Source of the DNA: a virus | Taxonomy: Duplodnaviria > Caudoviricetes | Length of the DNA stretch: 64,000 bases | Strand: one strand, 5' to 3' | Virus record (IMG/VR): IMGVR_UViG_2671180612_000001 | Span: 1-64,000 of that record | Part shown: positions 20,461 through 30,697 of the stretch, in pieces | Numbering within the stretch: position 1 is the first letter of the stretch | How the letters are laid out: each line of letters begins with the position of its first letter | Made by a program: the position numbers and the translations under genes | The notes under the pieces: generated by a model | The model's database searches: none | Seen by the model: the letters and a program-made list of their open reading frames with translations, nothing else | Told to the model about the DNA's origin: nothing

Positions 20461-21050
20461 TGCGCAGCCTCAAGATCGCCGGCCTCGACGTCGCGCTCTC
20501 CAACTACGGGATCGTCAAGCTGACGCTCGACCTCGAGCCTCTCAAGATCACGGTGGACGACATGCGCGTCATCCAGACCGAGCGCATGGTGTCGAAGGAG
20601 GTCCGCAAGAACTCCGACGACCTGCGCCGGGCGCTCGAGATCGTGGACGGCCAGCGCGACTTCATTTCCGACTGCGCCGTCGCGTTCGCCGAGGTGCCGT
20701 CCGGCTCGCAGTCCGCGACCGCGTCCTATGCGCTGGGCGTCGCGACCGGGGCGCTCGCGTCCTGTCCGGTCCCGATCATCCAGGTCCAGAATTTCGAGGT
20801 GAAGCTTGCGGCCGTCGGCACCAAGACCGCCTCGAAGGAGGAGATGATCGAATGGGCCGCCGAGAAGTATCCCGACGCCCCGTGGCCCAAGCGCGGCAAG
20901 AAGGTGATCAAGGGTCAGGCCGAGCACCTAGCCGACGCGATCGCCGCTGTCCACGCCGGGCTCAAGACCCAGCAGTTCAAGCAGCTCCTCGCCATCATGC
21001 GGCACCAGACGCGGATCGCCGCCGAAAGTTTTGTCAAGGCTGTTAAGTAA
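20460..21050 (+). CDS. ruvC: RuvC-like Holliday junction resolvase
   Basis: IAGLDVALSNYG; AFAEVP; ASKEEMIEWA; EHLADAIA. Confidence 0.8.
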   Translation: MRSLKIAGLDVALSNYGIVKLTLDLEPLKITVDDMRVIQTERMVSKEVRKNSDDLRRALEIVDGQRDFISDCAVAFAEVPSGSQSATASYALGVATGALASCPVPIIQVQNFEVKLAAVGTKTASKEEMIEWAAEKYPDAPWPKRGKKVIKGQAEHLADAIAAVHAGLKTQQFKQLLAIMRHQTRIAAESFVKAVK

Positions 21051-21060
21051 ACGCTTACTT
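21045..21060. promoter_or_regulatory. Palindromic operator copy (AAGTAAACGCTTACTT)
   Basis: Upstream of nrdB. Confidence 0.75.
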
Positions 21061-21104
21061 TGCTACCCTGACCGACCGCCTACCCTCCAACATCACAGGC
21101 TCCC

Positions 21105-22226
21105 ATGCTTTTCAAAGAACAGGTCGCGCGCAAGCCGAACCTCTACCCCTGGACGCAGACGGTCATCGACCGGATGTGGGCCGGCTTCTGGACTCCCAAC
21201 GAGTTCGATTTCCGTGCCGACTACAACGACTTCAAGGTCGTCCTGAACGATCAGGAGCGCCAGATCGTCACCCGCACGCTGTCGGCGATCGGTCAGATCG
21301 AGATCGCGGTGAAGACCTTCTGGGCGCGCGTCGGCGACCACTTCCCGCACCCGGCCATCAGCGACCTTGGCTATGTCATGTCGCAGTCCGAGGTGATCCA
21401 CAACATCGCCTATGAGAAGGCGCTCGACACCTTCAACCTCAACGACGTCTTCCAGGCCAACCTCAAGGAGCCGGTCGTCAAGGGGCGTGTCGCCTACCTG
21501 CGCAAGCACCTCAAGACGGTCTACGCGCGCAAGTCCCGCCGCGGCGTCCTGCGCCTCTACGACAAGCTGCGCGAGCGGTTCTCGCAGACCTACCGCGACC
21601 AGGTCGCGGCCGAGGACGAGCAGATGGCGCGCAAGCAATACGTCTACTCGATCATCCTCTTCACCCTCTTCGTCGAGAACGTGAGCCTCTTCTCGCAGTT
21701 CTACGTCATCCTCTGGTTCAACCGCTTCTACGACCTGCCGGGCGACCGGAAAGACCCGGTCCTGAAGGACACCGCGCAGCAGGTCCAATACACGCGCAAC
21801 GAGGAGATGCTCCACGCGCAGGTGGGCATCATGCTCATCAACACGCTCCGCAAGGAATATCCGGAGCTCTTCGACGAGGAGCTCGAGGAGATCGTCGTCC
21901 ACGAGTGCCGCGAGGCGTTCAAGGCCGAGAGCCGGATCATCGACTGGATGCTCGGCGACTTCGACCGGCCGGGCCTCAACGCGCCGCTCCTCAAGACCTT
22001 CATCCAGAACCGCCTCGAGGAGAGCCTGCGCTCGATCGGCTTCACGCCGGACTTCGACCTGCCGGTCAGCGAGGAGCATCTCGCCGCGACGCTCTGGATG
22101 GACGAGGAGACGCTCGGCAACAACGTCGTGGACTTCTTCCATAAGAAGCCCGTCGATTACGCAAAGAAAACAAAGGTTTACACGCGCCAAGCGCTGTTCG
22201 GGGATCGCAATGCTGCAACGGCTTAA
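21105..22226 (+). CDS. nrdB: Class I ribonucleotide reductase beta subunit
   Basis: FWTPNEF; EVIHNIAY; VENVSLFSQF; EEMLH; DFFHKKPVDY. Confidence 0.92.
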   Translation: MLFKEQVARKPNLYPWTQTVIDRMWAGFWTPNEFDFRADYNDFKVVLNDQERQIVTRTLSAIGQIEIAVKTFWARVGDHFPHPAISDLGYVMSQSEVIHNIAYEKALDTFNLNDVFQANLKEPVVKGRVAYLRKHLKTVYARKSRRGVLRLYDKLRERFSQTYRDQVAAEDEQMARKQYVYSIILFTLFVENVSLFSQFYVILWFNRFYDLPGDRKDPVLKDTAQQVQYTRNEEMLHAQVGIMLINTLRKEYPELFDEELEEIVVHECREAFKAESRIIDWMLGDFDRPGLNAPLLKTFIQNRLEESLRSIGFTPDFDLPVSEEHLAATLWMDEETLGNNVVDFFHKKPVDYAKKTKVYTRQALFGDRNAATA

Positions 22227-23874
22227 CACCAACTCGGCCTATTGGCTGAACGACGACGCGCGCACCTTCCTGGAGCGCGGCTACCTGGCGCCGGGCCAGA
22301 CGGCCGAGGATCGCATTCGCGTCATCGCGGACGCTGCCGAGCGCATCCTCAAGATCGACGGCTTCGCTGACAAGCTGGAGCGCTACATCCTGAACGGCTG
22401 GATTTCGCTCGCCTCGCCCATCTGGTCGAACTTCGGCCTGGCGCGCGGCCTGCCGATCTCCTGCAACAACTCGCACGTCCCGGACGACACGTCGGAGATC
22501 CTTCGCAAGGTCGCCGAGGTCGGCATGATGACCAAGCACGGCGCCGGCACGTCCGCGTTTCTCGGCGAGCTGCGTCACCGTGGCGCGACCATCAACGGCG
22601 GTGGCGAGAGCCAAGGCCCGGTTCACTTCATGGAGCTGTTCCAGGCCGACATCAACGTGATCTCGCAGTCCAAGGTCCGGCGCGGCAACTGCGCCTGCTA
22701 CCTGCCTGTCGAGCACCCGGACATCATGGAGTTCCTCGACTGCCGCGAGGAGCATTCCCCGATCAAGCACCTGTCCATCGGCGTCTGCATCACCGACCAG
22801 TGGATGCTGGACATGCTGAACGGCGACGAGGCCAAGCAGGACATCTGGGTCCGCATCCTCGAGCACCGGAACGACGACGGCTACCCGTATATCTTCTGGA
22901 CCGACACGGTGAACAACGCCGCGCCCGACGTCTACAAGGCGAAGGGCCTGCGCATCAACGGCTCGAACCTGTGCTCGGAGATCGCGCTCGCCTCGACGGC
23001 GGACGAGAGCTTCGTGTGCGACCTCTCCTCGCTGAACCTCCTGCACTACGACGACTGGAAGGACACCGATCTCCCCGAGACGCTGACCTACCTGCTCGAC
23101 GCGGTGATGACCGAATACATCGAGAAGACGGCCGGCATTCCGTTCCTCGAGGACGCGCGCCGGTTCGCGATCAACCAGCGGGCGCTCGGCATCGGCACGC
23201 TCGGCTGGCACTCCTATCTCCAGAGCCGGATGATCCCGTTCGAGGATCTCGAAGCGCGCAAGCTCAACATCGAGATCCACAAGCTGATCCAGGAGAAGAC
23301 GCTCGCCGCGTCCCGCGAGCTGGCCCGTCTCTTCGGTGAGCCGCCGCTGCTCAAGGGCTACGGCCGGCGCAACGTCACGCTCATGGCGATCGCCCCGACC
23401 AAGTCCTCGAGCTTCATCCTGGGCCAGGTCTCGGCGTCGATCGAGCCGATCGACTCCAACTACTTCACCGCGGACCTCGCCAAGGGCAAGTTCGGCTACC
23501 GCAACCCGTATCTCCAGGCGCTCCTGGCGACCTACGGCCGCGACAACGCCTCGACCTGGCGCTCGATCCTGCTCGCCGGCGGGTCGGTGCAGGGCCTCGA
23601 CTTCCTGACCGATCGCGAGCGGGCCGTCTTCAAGACGTTCGACGAGATCCGTCCGGACGAGATCATCACGCAGGCCGCGCACCGTCAGCGCTACATCGAC
23701 CAGGCGCAGAGCTTGAACCTCAAGATCCGCGCCGACATGCCGGTGAGCGAGGTCCACGACCTGATGATCAAGGCATGGCGCATGAAGGTGAAGACGCTCT
23801 ACTACCAGAAGGGCACGAACCCCGCGCAGGATCTCGTTCGCGACCTCATGTCGTGCGCGGCCTGCGAGGCATAA
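22210..23874 (+). CDS. nrdA: Class I ribonucleotide reductase alpha subunit (short form, no ATP cone evident)
   Basis: GLPISC; SNLCSEI; AIAPT; IDQAQSLN; KTLYY; C-terminal CAAC. Confidence 0.92.
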   Translation: MLQRLNTNSAYWLNDDARTFLERGYLAPGQTAEDRIRVIADAAERILKIDGFADKLERYILNGWISLASPIWSNFGLARGLPISCNNSHVPDDTSEILRKVAEVGMMTKHGAGTSAFLGELRHRGATINGGGESQGPVHFMELFQADINVISQSKVRRGNCACYLPVEHPDIMEFLDCREEHSPIKHLSIGVCITDQWMLDMLNGDEAKQDIWVRILEHRNDDGYPYIFWTDTVNNAAPDVYKAKGLRINGSNLCSEIALASTADESFVCDLSSLNLLHYDDWKDTDLPETLTYLLDAVMTEYIEKTAGIPFLEDARRFAINQRALGIGTLGWHSYLQSRMIPFEDLEARKLNIEIHKLIQEKTLAASRELARLFGEPPLLKGYGRRNVTLMAIAPTKSSSFILGQVSASIEPIDSNYFTADLAKGKFGYRNPYLQALLATYGRDNASTWRSILLAGGSVQGLDFLTDRERAVFKTFDEIRPDEIITQAAHRQRYIDQAQSLNLKIRADMPVSEVHDLMIKAWRMKVKTLYYQKGTNPAQDLVRDLMSCAACEA

Positions 23875-23906
23875 CGAAAATGGCACTTGCGCTCGGCCTC
23901 GGGAAT

Positions 23907-23996
23907 AAGTAAGCGCTTACTCACAGAGACGCCGAGCGCATTCCCAGACGAAAACCTCTGCGAATGACGCTATACAAGACAAGTAAGCGCTTACTG
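23907..23996. promoter_or_regulatory. Two operator copies (23907-23922 and 23981-23996)
   Basis: AAGTAAGCGCTTACT twice. Confidence 0.75.
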
Positions 23997-24158
23997 ACAG
24001 ACGCACTGTCGAGCGCGAGAGCGAATGTCGCCCGATCACTTCGGAACCAAGGAGGTCTGCATGGTGCGCTGAAACGCTTCGACCCTCGCATCAACCCTCA
24101 TCGTCAATCGGGAAGAGCCCAGGAATGGGCCTTCCCTCTTCTCCCTCTGGAGGACGAC

Positions 24159-24380
24159 ATGAACAGCCGTCGCATCGAGCAGAACGCCCCGAAGGAACGC
24201 CGCGAGGACAACCTCAAGCACCTGGCCGGCGTCATCGGGCGCCTTTCCTTCCGCGAAATGCGCAAGGTCGCCGAGACGCTCTCGGCCCAGCTCGCCGGCA
24301 AGGATAGCGTCGATCCCGACGACATCGCGGTCTCGCTCCTCGAGACCTCCGACAAGCTCAACGCCGAGCCCGCGGCGTGA
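24159..24380 (+). CDS. Hypothetical protein
   Basis: GGAGG RBS before ATG 24159. Confidence 0.65.
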   Translation: MNSRRIEQNAPKERREDNLKHLAGVIGRLSFREMRKVAETLSAQLAGKDSVDPDDIAVSLLETSDKLNAEPAA

Positions 24381-24709
24381 GCACCTCCCCGGTTCGCTGC
24401 CCGCAGCTCATCCGGGATGAAATGGTCGAACGGCCCGGCGTGCCGGAAGCCGTTCAGACCGTCCCCAACGAGATTGCGATCGCGCTCCTCGTTGCCAAGA
24501 TCCACTCCGAAACGGAGGAGATCGCCCGCGATCTCACCAATCCCGAGGAATATGGCGACGTCCTCGACGCGCTGTTCGCCCTCGCCCGCCGAAACGGCGT
24601 CTCGATCATCGACATCCAAGACGCCCGCGCCCGCAAGCTCGCCGACAAGGGCGGCTTCGAGCAGCGTCTCTTCTGGTCGCCAACCTCTGTCATGGAGCCC
24701 GCAGCTTGA
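24377..24709 (+). CDS. MazG-like / PRA-PH-like NTP pyrophosphohydrolase
   Basis: LIRD; EEYGDVLDAL; KLADKGGFEQRLF. Confidence 0.7.
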   Translation: MSTSPVRCPQLIRDEMVERPGVPEAVQTVPNEIAIALLVAKIHSETEEIARDLTNPEEYGDVLDALFALARRNGVSIIDIQDARARKLADKGGFEQRLFWSPTSVMEPAA

Positions 24710-24993
24710 ACGCGCACGCACCCAACATCGCCGGCCAGCCCTGCTCGCTGCGCGACCTCGCCAAACCGATCTCCGAAGCCATCCGCGACGGGCGCAAGCT
24801 CCTCGCCTGGGAGCTCGACAGCCCGGACGTTCCGAGCGTCATCCATTGGGAGACCTACGACGAGCTGGCCCAGATCGCCACCGGCGACAGCGGCTATTGG
24901 GCCTACTCGGAAGAGATCATCGCCGACATCGGCGGCGTGCCCGAGCCGGTCTGCTTCGTGGAGCTCGGCACGGTCGATCCCTCGCAGTTCTGA
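24706..24993 (+). CDS. Hypothetical protein
   Basis: TTGA and TGATG coupling. Confidence 0.55.
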   Translation: MNAHAPNIAGQPCSLRDLAKPISEAIRDGRKLLAWELDSPDVPSVIHWETYDELAQIATGDSGYWAYSEEIIADIGGVPEPVCFVELGTVDPSQF

Positions 24994-25268
24994 TGACCGA
25001 GCCCCTCGTCGCCCAACACGGCGATCTGGTCCGTCTGAAATCGGGCGGGCCGGCCATGACCGTCGAGTTCGTCTCCCACGACCAGCTCGGCACCGTCTGG
25101 TTCGACGGCGCGACGCTCTGCCGAGGCGACTTCAAGGTCTCCAGCCTCGAGGCCATGCCCGAGCCCGTCGTCATCCACTGGTATCCCGATCCGCATCACG
25201 CGCGAACGCTCGCAGCCTTCGACAGGCTCAAACGCAAAGGACCACTCGTTGCAGACTTTCACCGTTAA
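24993..25268 (+). CDS. YodC/DUF2158-like protein
   Basis: GDLVRLKSGGPAMTV...VWFDG. Confidence 0.75.
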   Translation: MTEPLVAQHGDLVRLKSGGPAMTVEFVSHDQLGTVWFDGATLCRGDFKVSSLEAMPEPVVIHWYPDPHHARTLAAFDRLKRKGPLVADFHR

Positions 25269-26256
25269 TGGCGCGACGGCCGGCGTCGTCGCTCACTCGA
25301 TCTCGCCCGAAGGCATCGAGTTCAAGACCGTCCAGGCACGCTACCCGCGCATGGTTCACGCCGACGCCAAGACGCATCGTGTGATCCGCGGCTGGCACGA
25401 CGAGATGCTGGAGATCCACCACGACCTCTCGCTCCTCGCCGACGAGAATCTCTCGCGCAACGGTCGCTCCTCGCGCGCGGTGCCGTTCGACAAGCTCCTG
25501 TCGGAGACCTTCTCGGACCCCTACGTCCCGCACTTCCTCAAGAACAAGCCGGGGATGGTCGCCAGCGAGGAGTTCGACGAGCAGCAGCTCGCCTATCTCC
25601 AGGCTCGCTGGAAGCGCCTGGCCGAGGTCGTGTGCCGCGAAATGGCCGTCTTCGCCGAGGCCGGCGTCCATAAGCAGTGGGTGAACCGCCCGCTCGAGGC
25701 GTTCGGCTACATCGACGTCCTGATCTCCGGCACGGATTGGGAGAACTTCTTCCACCTGCGCGACGAGGCCGGCGCCCAGCCTGAGGTGCAGGATCTCGCC
25801 AAGGCGATCCGCATGGCGTTCGACGCCTCGACCCCGAAGCTCTTGCAGCCCGGTGACTGGCACCTGCCCTACGCCGATCGCGACGAGGACTTCGAGGCCG
25901 CGTGCGACTTCGTGCGCGAGGGCTCGCGTCGTATTGTCCTGCGCCACGAGGCACTGCCGATCCTGCGCAAGCTCTCGGTCGCCCGCTGCGCGCGCCTCAC
26001 CTACGCCCCGTTCAACGGCGAAGGTTCGATCGAGGCCGAGATCAAGCGGCACGACACGCTCGTCGTCTCGCAGCCCGTCCACGCTTCGCCGGCCGAGCAC
26101 CAGGCCACGCCCGACAAGCGCAACCGCTACGACTTCTCGGGCCACCTGATCGAGAACGAGGAGGAGCGCGAGTGGGGAGAGCCGGAGCTGCACGGCAATC
26201 TCCGCGGCTGGATCCAATACCGCAAGCTCCTGCCGAACGAAGCCATCGCCGGCTGA
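25249..26256 (+). CDS. thyX: Flavin-dependent thymidylate synthase (phage ThyX-like)
   Basis: THRV...SRNGRSSRAVP; HKQWVNR; WENFFHLR; AQPEVQ; HASPAEHQA. Confidence 0.8.
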   Translation: MQTFTVNGATAGVVAHSISPEGIEFKTVQARYPRMVHADAKTHRVIRGWHDEMLEIHHDLSLLADENLSRNGRSSRAVPFDKLLSETFSDPYVPHFLKNKPGMVASEEFDEQQLAYLQARWKRLAEVVCREMAVFAEAGVHKQWVNRPLEAFGYIDVLISGTDWENFFHLRDEAGAQPEVQDLAKAIRMAFDASTPKLLQPGDWHLPYADRDEDFEAACDFVREGSRRIVLRHEALPILRKLSVARCARLTYAPFNGEGSIEAEIKRHDTLVVSQPVHASPAEHQATPDKRNRYDFSGHLIENEEEREWGEPELHGNLRGWIQYRKLLPNEAIAG

Positions 26257-26353
26257 CGCCAGAAACACCCAACCGACAACCGCACAAAATTCGCGCATAT
26301 TGCTACAGAAGTAAGCATTTACTTCCTGTTGCGTTTCGAGGAGAACACCACGC

Positions 26354-27184
26354 ATGTTTCATGAGCACAACACGGCCGACGCGGTTCCTGCCGACGGCCT
26401 GATCCTGTCCTTCTTCGAGGCCGATGCCGGCGACGAGAATCTCGATCCGGGCTTCTACTTCTACGAGGCACTGATCGGCGACGACGACCGCGTCATGGAG
26501 ATCGACGGCGAGGACGTCGAGGCCTACGGCCCGTTCGGCACGATGGAGCTGGCGCAGCACTTCGCGCAGCAGGCGATCGACTACGGCCTCCTGCCGGCCG
26601 GCCCGATGGAATACGAGCTCCTGTGCATCGTCCAGGCGATGATCGAGGATGCGATCGACGACCGCCTCGAGGACGACGGCGAGTTCGACGCTTCCGATCC
26701 CAACCAGTCGGTGCGCTTCAAGAAGCTCCATCCGGACGCCGTGATCCCGACCTATGCGACGCCGGGCGCCGCAGGCTTCGACCTCTATGCGGTCGAGGAT
26801 ACGATCATCGAGCCGGGCCAGCGCAAGCTGATCCGCACCGGGCTCGCCGCTGCCATCCCGGAAGGCTTCGAGATGCAGATCCGTCCGCGCTCGGGCCTGG
26901 CGCTCAAGAACGGCATCACCGTCGTCAACTCGCCCGGCACGATCGATAGCGACTATCGCGGCGACATCGGCGTGATCCTCCTCAACACGGATCTCGACTA
27001 CACGCCCGGCGCCTTCTCGAACGGCGGCTCGATCCATCCGGGCCGGGAGTTCCGCGTGAACAAGGGCGATCGCATCGCGCAGGGCGTCATCGCCTTCGTG
27101 CCGCAGCTTCCGCTGGTCGAGGTTGAGGAACTCGAGGAAACCGAGCGCGGCGAAGGCGGCTTCGGTTCGACCGGCACTTCCTGA
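26354..27184 (+). CDS. dut: Trimeric dUTPase with ~115-aa acidic N-terminal extension
   Basis: AGFDL; RSGLA; GTIDSDYRG; GDRIAQ; RGEGGFGSTG. Confidence 0.92.
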   Translation: MFHEHNTADAVPADGLILSFFEADAGDENLDPGFYFYEALIGDDDRVMEIDGEDVEAYGPFGTMELAQHFAQQAIDYGLLPAGPMEYELLCIVQAMIEDAIDDRLEDDGEFDASDPNQSVRFKKLHPDAVIPTYATPGAAGFDLYAVEDTIIEPGQRKLIRTGLAAAIPEGFEMQIRPRSGLALKNGITVVNSPGTIDSDYRGDIGVILLNTDLDYTPGAFSNGGSIHPGREFRVNKGDRIAQGVIAFVPQLPLVEVEELEETERGEGGFGSTGTS

Positions 27185-27810
27185 TGCTGATTGGCCTCTC
27201 CGGGGCGCACCGCTCCGGCAAGACGACGGTCATGGAGTCATTGCGCTCCATGACCGGAATGCCGACGCTCAAGACGTCCACGGCCAAGCTCGTGGAACGT
27301 CTGGGCATCGATCTCGCGAAGCCGATGACCCTCGTCTCGCGCATCGAGTTCCAGACGGCCGTCTTCGAGAACTACGTCGAGGAGATCGGGAAGGCTCGAT
27401 CGGGCGGCGCGTCCCTCATTGTCGACCGCACGCCCGTCGATATGGCCGCATACCTCCTCGCCGAGGTCGGCATGTCGTCGCATAAGGCGCTAGGCGATCG
27501 GGGCATCCAGGCGGTGAACGCCTATGCCGAGCTCTGCCGCGACTACCTGCGGGAGAACTTCGCCTTCGTGTTCGTGCTGCGCCCGCTGCCGGTCTACGAG
27601 GTCGAGCCCAACAAGCCGGCGCCCAACTTCGCCTACCAGCAGCACTACCAGATGGTGATCGAGGGCTTCCTCGCCGCGCTGCAAGGCCAGCTCGACTACG
27701 CCATCGTGCCGTTCACGGACCACGACTCGAGGGTCGCCGCGATCAAGCAGATCATGACCAAGGTCGCCGACCAGGTCGCCAAAAAGGGGAAGCGCGCGAC
27801 GCTGCACTAG
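27184..27810 (+). CDS. P-loop nucleotide kinase (AAA_28/dNMP-kinase-like)
   Basis: GLSGAHRSGKTT; VDRTPVD. Confidence 0.75.
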   Translation: MLIGLSGAHRSGKTTVMESLRSMTGMPTLKTSTAKLVERLGIDLAKPMTLVSRIEFQTAVFENYVEEIGKARSGGASLIVDRTPVDMAAYLLAEVGMSSHKALGDRGIQAVNAYAELCRDYLRENFAFVFVLRPLPVYEVEPNKPAPNFAYQQHYQMVIEGFLAALQGQLDYAIVPFTDHDSRVAAIKQIMTKVADQVAKKGKRATLH

Positions 27811-27901
27811 CCGCGCGTTCCCTCCCGAAAACCACGACGCGAGCAGCTATATTGAAAGCGTGATCGAAACGAGATCGCGAATAAGTAAGAGGTTGCTTAT
27901 C

Positions 27902-27994
27902 ATGTCGATTCTGGATTATGTGGGTCTCTTCCTGGTCGCCTTCGCCGCAGTCTCCGTGTTCACGGGCGGCGTCCTCTATCTGAAGGGTGAATGA
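27902..27994 (+). CDS. 30-aa single-TM peptide (not in the ORF track)
   Basis: MSILDYVGLFLVAFAAVSVFTGGVLYLKGE; AGAGG RBS inside an operator copy; stop overlaps ATG 27991. Confidence 0.5.
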   Translation: MSILDYVGLFLVAFAAVSVFTGGVLYLKGE

Positions 27995-28221
27995 CCATGA
28001 CCTACCGCCCCACCGCTCGCGCCGCCCTTGATCGCGGCTACCGTGCCCTTCGCGGCTACAACGAAACGCCCGAAGCCCGCCGGATCGCCTTCGACAGCAT
28101 CCTCGATGCGATGATCGCCATGGGTGGCGACGAGAACGGCGCCGCAGCGCGCGAGATCCGCGCACAGATTGCCCGGCTCGACGAAGAGATCGCCGCGCAG
28201 GAGTTACTGATCGCCGCTTGA
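27991..28221 (+). CDS. Hypothetical protein
   Basis: Short ORF with ATGA coupling. Confidence 0.6.
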   Translation: MTMTYRPTARAALDRGYRALRGYNETPEARRIAFDSILDAMIAMGGDENGAAAREIRAQIARLDEEIAAQELLIAA

Positions 28222-28279
28222 GCTCCAAACGCTCGCAAGCGAATGTAAGTAAACACTTATTAACGAAGGAGAAACGTCG

Positions 28280-30697
28280 ATGGAAGTCAGCCAGATCAAG
28301 GAGCTCGATACGCACGCCATCGTCGGCGGCGGCAAGGCCCAGGCGTTCGGCATGTCGGACTCGGCCGAGTTCTACACCGTGCTCTCGGACACGCTCTACC
28401 GCGACAAGAAGCTCGCCGTGGTGCGCGAGGTCATCTGCAACGCCTGGGACGCACACATCATGGTCGAGAAGACCGATGTCCCGGTGAAGATCACGCTGAC
28501 CGACGAGGCGCTCGTCATCGAGGACTTCGGCCCCGGCATCCCGCCCGAGCTGATCGGCCCGGTCTACTGCGTCTACGGCGGCACGACGAAGGTGAAGGAC
28601 GAGCGCCAGACCGGCGGGTTCGGGCTCGGCTGCAAGGCGCCCTTCGCCTATTCCGACCATTTCACCGTCATGAGCTGCCACGCCGGCATCAAGACCCTGT
28701 GGGCGATCAGCCGCGGCGGGTCCGAGACCGACGGCAAGCCGGACTTCCGGCCGATGGTGCAGGTGCCGACGAAGGCGACCGGCATCACCGTGTCGATCCC
28801 GATCCGCGATCCGGCCGATGTCGAGGAGTTCACCAAGCTCATCCGGCGCGTCGTGCGCAACGGCGGGATGCTCGCCACGCTGAACGACAAGCCGCTCGAC
28901 CGCTTCGACTACGAGGGCGCGCGCAAGGCGGGCTTCTGCCTGGTGCAGAACGGCCATACGGTCGGGCTCGGCGAGTCCAAGGTCTACGTCCTCTACGGCA
29001 CGGTCCTCTATCCGGTCATGACGAGCGACCAGACGGTCATGCACCTCGTCAAGGAGCTCTCCAACCACGTCGAGTCGTGGGCCGTGACGGTCCTCATGGC
29101 CCCGCCCAACACGGTCGGCGTCGTGCCCTCGCGCGAAGGTCTGTCGTTCTCCGAGCTGACGACGAAGACCGTCACCCGGCTCCTCAACGAGACGATCGTC
29201 AAGCTCAAGCGCCACGCGGCGCCCGTCGCCAAGCGGACGATCATCGAGCGGGCCGAGAAGCAGAAGCGCCGCTACGCGCTCAAGCTCGATGTCGGCGGCT
29301 CCATGCTCTCTCACGGGCATGGTCTCCTCGACGATCCGAAGGTGATCGCCGAGCGCGCGGTCCAGGGCAATCTCCAGGTCTACCTGGCCGGCCGCAACCA
29401 CACGCGCTGGATCTTCAACACGTTCGCCAAGACCTTCCGCGACGATCGCCGCACGTTCCGGCGCGCGCGCACGAACCGCTACGGCACTGGCTTCGACTTC
29501 AACCATGAAGCCTACCGGCACTCCTCGCGCCTCTTCCGGCGCATGGCCGCAAAGCTCGGGATGCTGGATCGCCTGTTCGCGTGCCACACGGACGCCTACG
29601 CCAACCCGCGCTACCTCCTGACGCCGTTCTCGAACTTCAAGGGCTCGGGCGAGGTCGAGCCGCTTCTCGTGATCTCGCCCAACCAGCGCGACGCCTCGAA
29701 GTGGATCAAGGATCTGAAGGGTCCGAACAGCTTCAGCAACGACAAGCGGCCGGTCATGGTGATGGTGGTTCACAGGGCCACCGACGAGCTCCTGACCAAC
29801 ATCCTCGAGGTCGCCGAGAGCTACAAGATCGACACCGAGCTCCTCGATTTCCCGAAGCGCCAGAAGGGTCGAAAGGTCCGGCCGGCCGACAAGTTCACCG
29901 ACCTCTACTCGCTCAAGTTCCGTCACTCCGACTCCACCTGGGGCGAGCCCTCGCTCGAGGATCCCGCCTTCTTCGTGCGCTTCCGCGGCCGTGACGGGTC
30001 GCGCGTCCCTTACTCGGTCCATGAGCACCTCGAGACCCTCAAGGAGCTCTTCCCGAAGGTCGCGGTGATCATGACGGCCGGTCAGCAGGCTAAGGTCGAG
30101 AAGCTCGGCGCAAAGCCGCTCCTCCTCGGGATCATCCAGGCGTTCGAGAAGAGCTCCAAGTCGCGCGACGCCCAATACGCCGCGATGATCGCCTCGGGCG
30201 ATTTCGTGAGCGGCTCGGCGCGCTGGGACGCCGCTGCGACCCGGATGCGCGACCTCTGCAAAGGCTCGGCCGAGATCGCCAAGATCCTGTTCCCCGATCG
30301 CGCGACCGCAAGCGAGAAGGCGCAGCTTTCGGCGACGCTCAACACGATGCTGACGGAGATCAAGTTCGACCACGTCGACCAGGCGCTCCTCGACAAGATG
30401 ACGCTGGCGCTCCGGAAGCTCCGCGCGGACGCCAACGCGACCTTCAAGCACCTCGTCCTGAAGGCTCACGACGTCAACGAGCGCTACGGCTACCTGCGCA
30501 TGGCCGGCGACTTCAATCCGACCAACCCGGCCGACGAGCAGCTCGTGGTCGAGTTCGTCCGGCACTTCGAGCGCCGGCGCATCAAGGCCGAGAAGGAAGC
30601 CGCGGCGCTCGCCGCGGCCGAGGCTGCAAAACCCGCCGTCCAGGACGGCTCCAACGACAACACCCCGAACTCTGACGCCCTCAAGGAGGCCGCATGA
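28280..30697 (+). CDS. rIIA: rIIA-like protein (N-terminal GHKL/HATPase domain)
   Basis: LSDTLYRDK; REVICNAWDAH; DFGPGI; GGFGLGCKAPFAYSDHF; paired with rIIB. Confidence 0.85.
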   Translation: MEVSQIKELDTHAIVGGGKAQAFGMSDSAEFYTVLSDTLYRDKKLAVVREVICNAWDAHIMVEKTDVPVKITLTDEALVIEDFGPGIPPELIGPVYCVYGGTTKVKDERQTGGFGLGCKAPFAYSDHFTVMSCHAGIKTLWAISRGGSETDGKPDFRPMVQVPTKATGITVSIPIRDPADVEEFTKLIRRVVRNGGMLATLNDKPLDRFDYEGARKAGFCLVQNGHTVGLGESKVYVLYGTVLYPVMTSDQTVMHLVKELSNHVESWAVTVLMAPPNTVGVVPSREGLSFSELTTKTVTRLLNETIVKLKRHAAPVAKRTIIERAEKQKRRYALKLDVGGSMLSHGHGLLDDPKVIAERAVQGNLQVYLAGRNHTRWIFNTFAKTFRDDRRTFRRARTNRYGTGFDFNHEAYRHSSRLFRRMAAKLGMLDRLFACHTDAYANPRYLLTPFSNFKGSGEVEPLLVISPNQRDASKWIKDLKGPNSFSNDKRPVMVMVVHRATDELLTNILEVAESYKIDTELLDFPKRQKGRKVRPADKFTDLYSLKFRHSDSTWGEPSLEDPAFFVRFRGRDGSRVPYSVHEHLETLKELFPKVAVIMTAGQQAKVEKLGAKPLLLGIIQAFEKSSKSRDAQYAAMIASGDFVSGSARWDAAATRMRDLCKGSAEIAKILFPDRATASEKAQLSATLNTMLTEIKFDHVDQALLDKMTLALRKLRADANATFKHLVLKAHDVNERYGYLRMAGDFNPTNPADEQLVVEFVRHFERRRIKAEKEAAALAAAEAAKPAVQDGSNDNTPNSDALKEAA

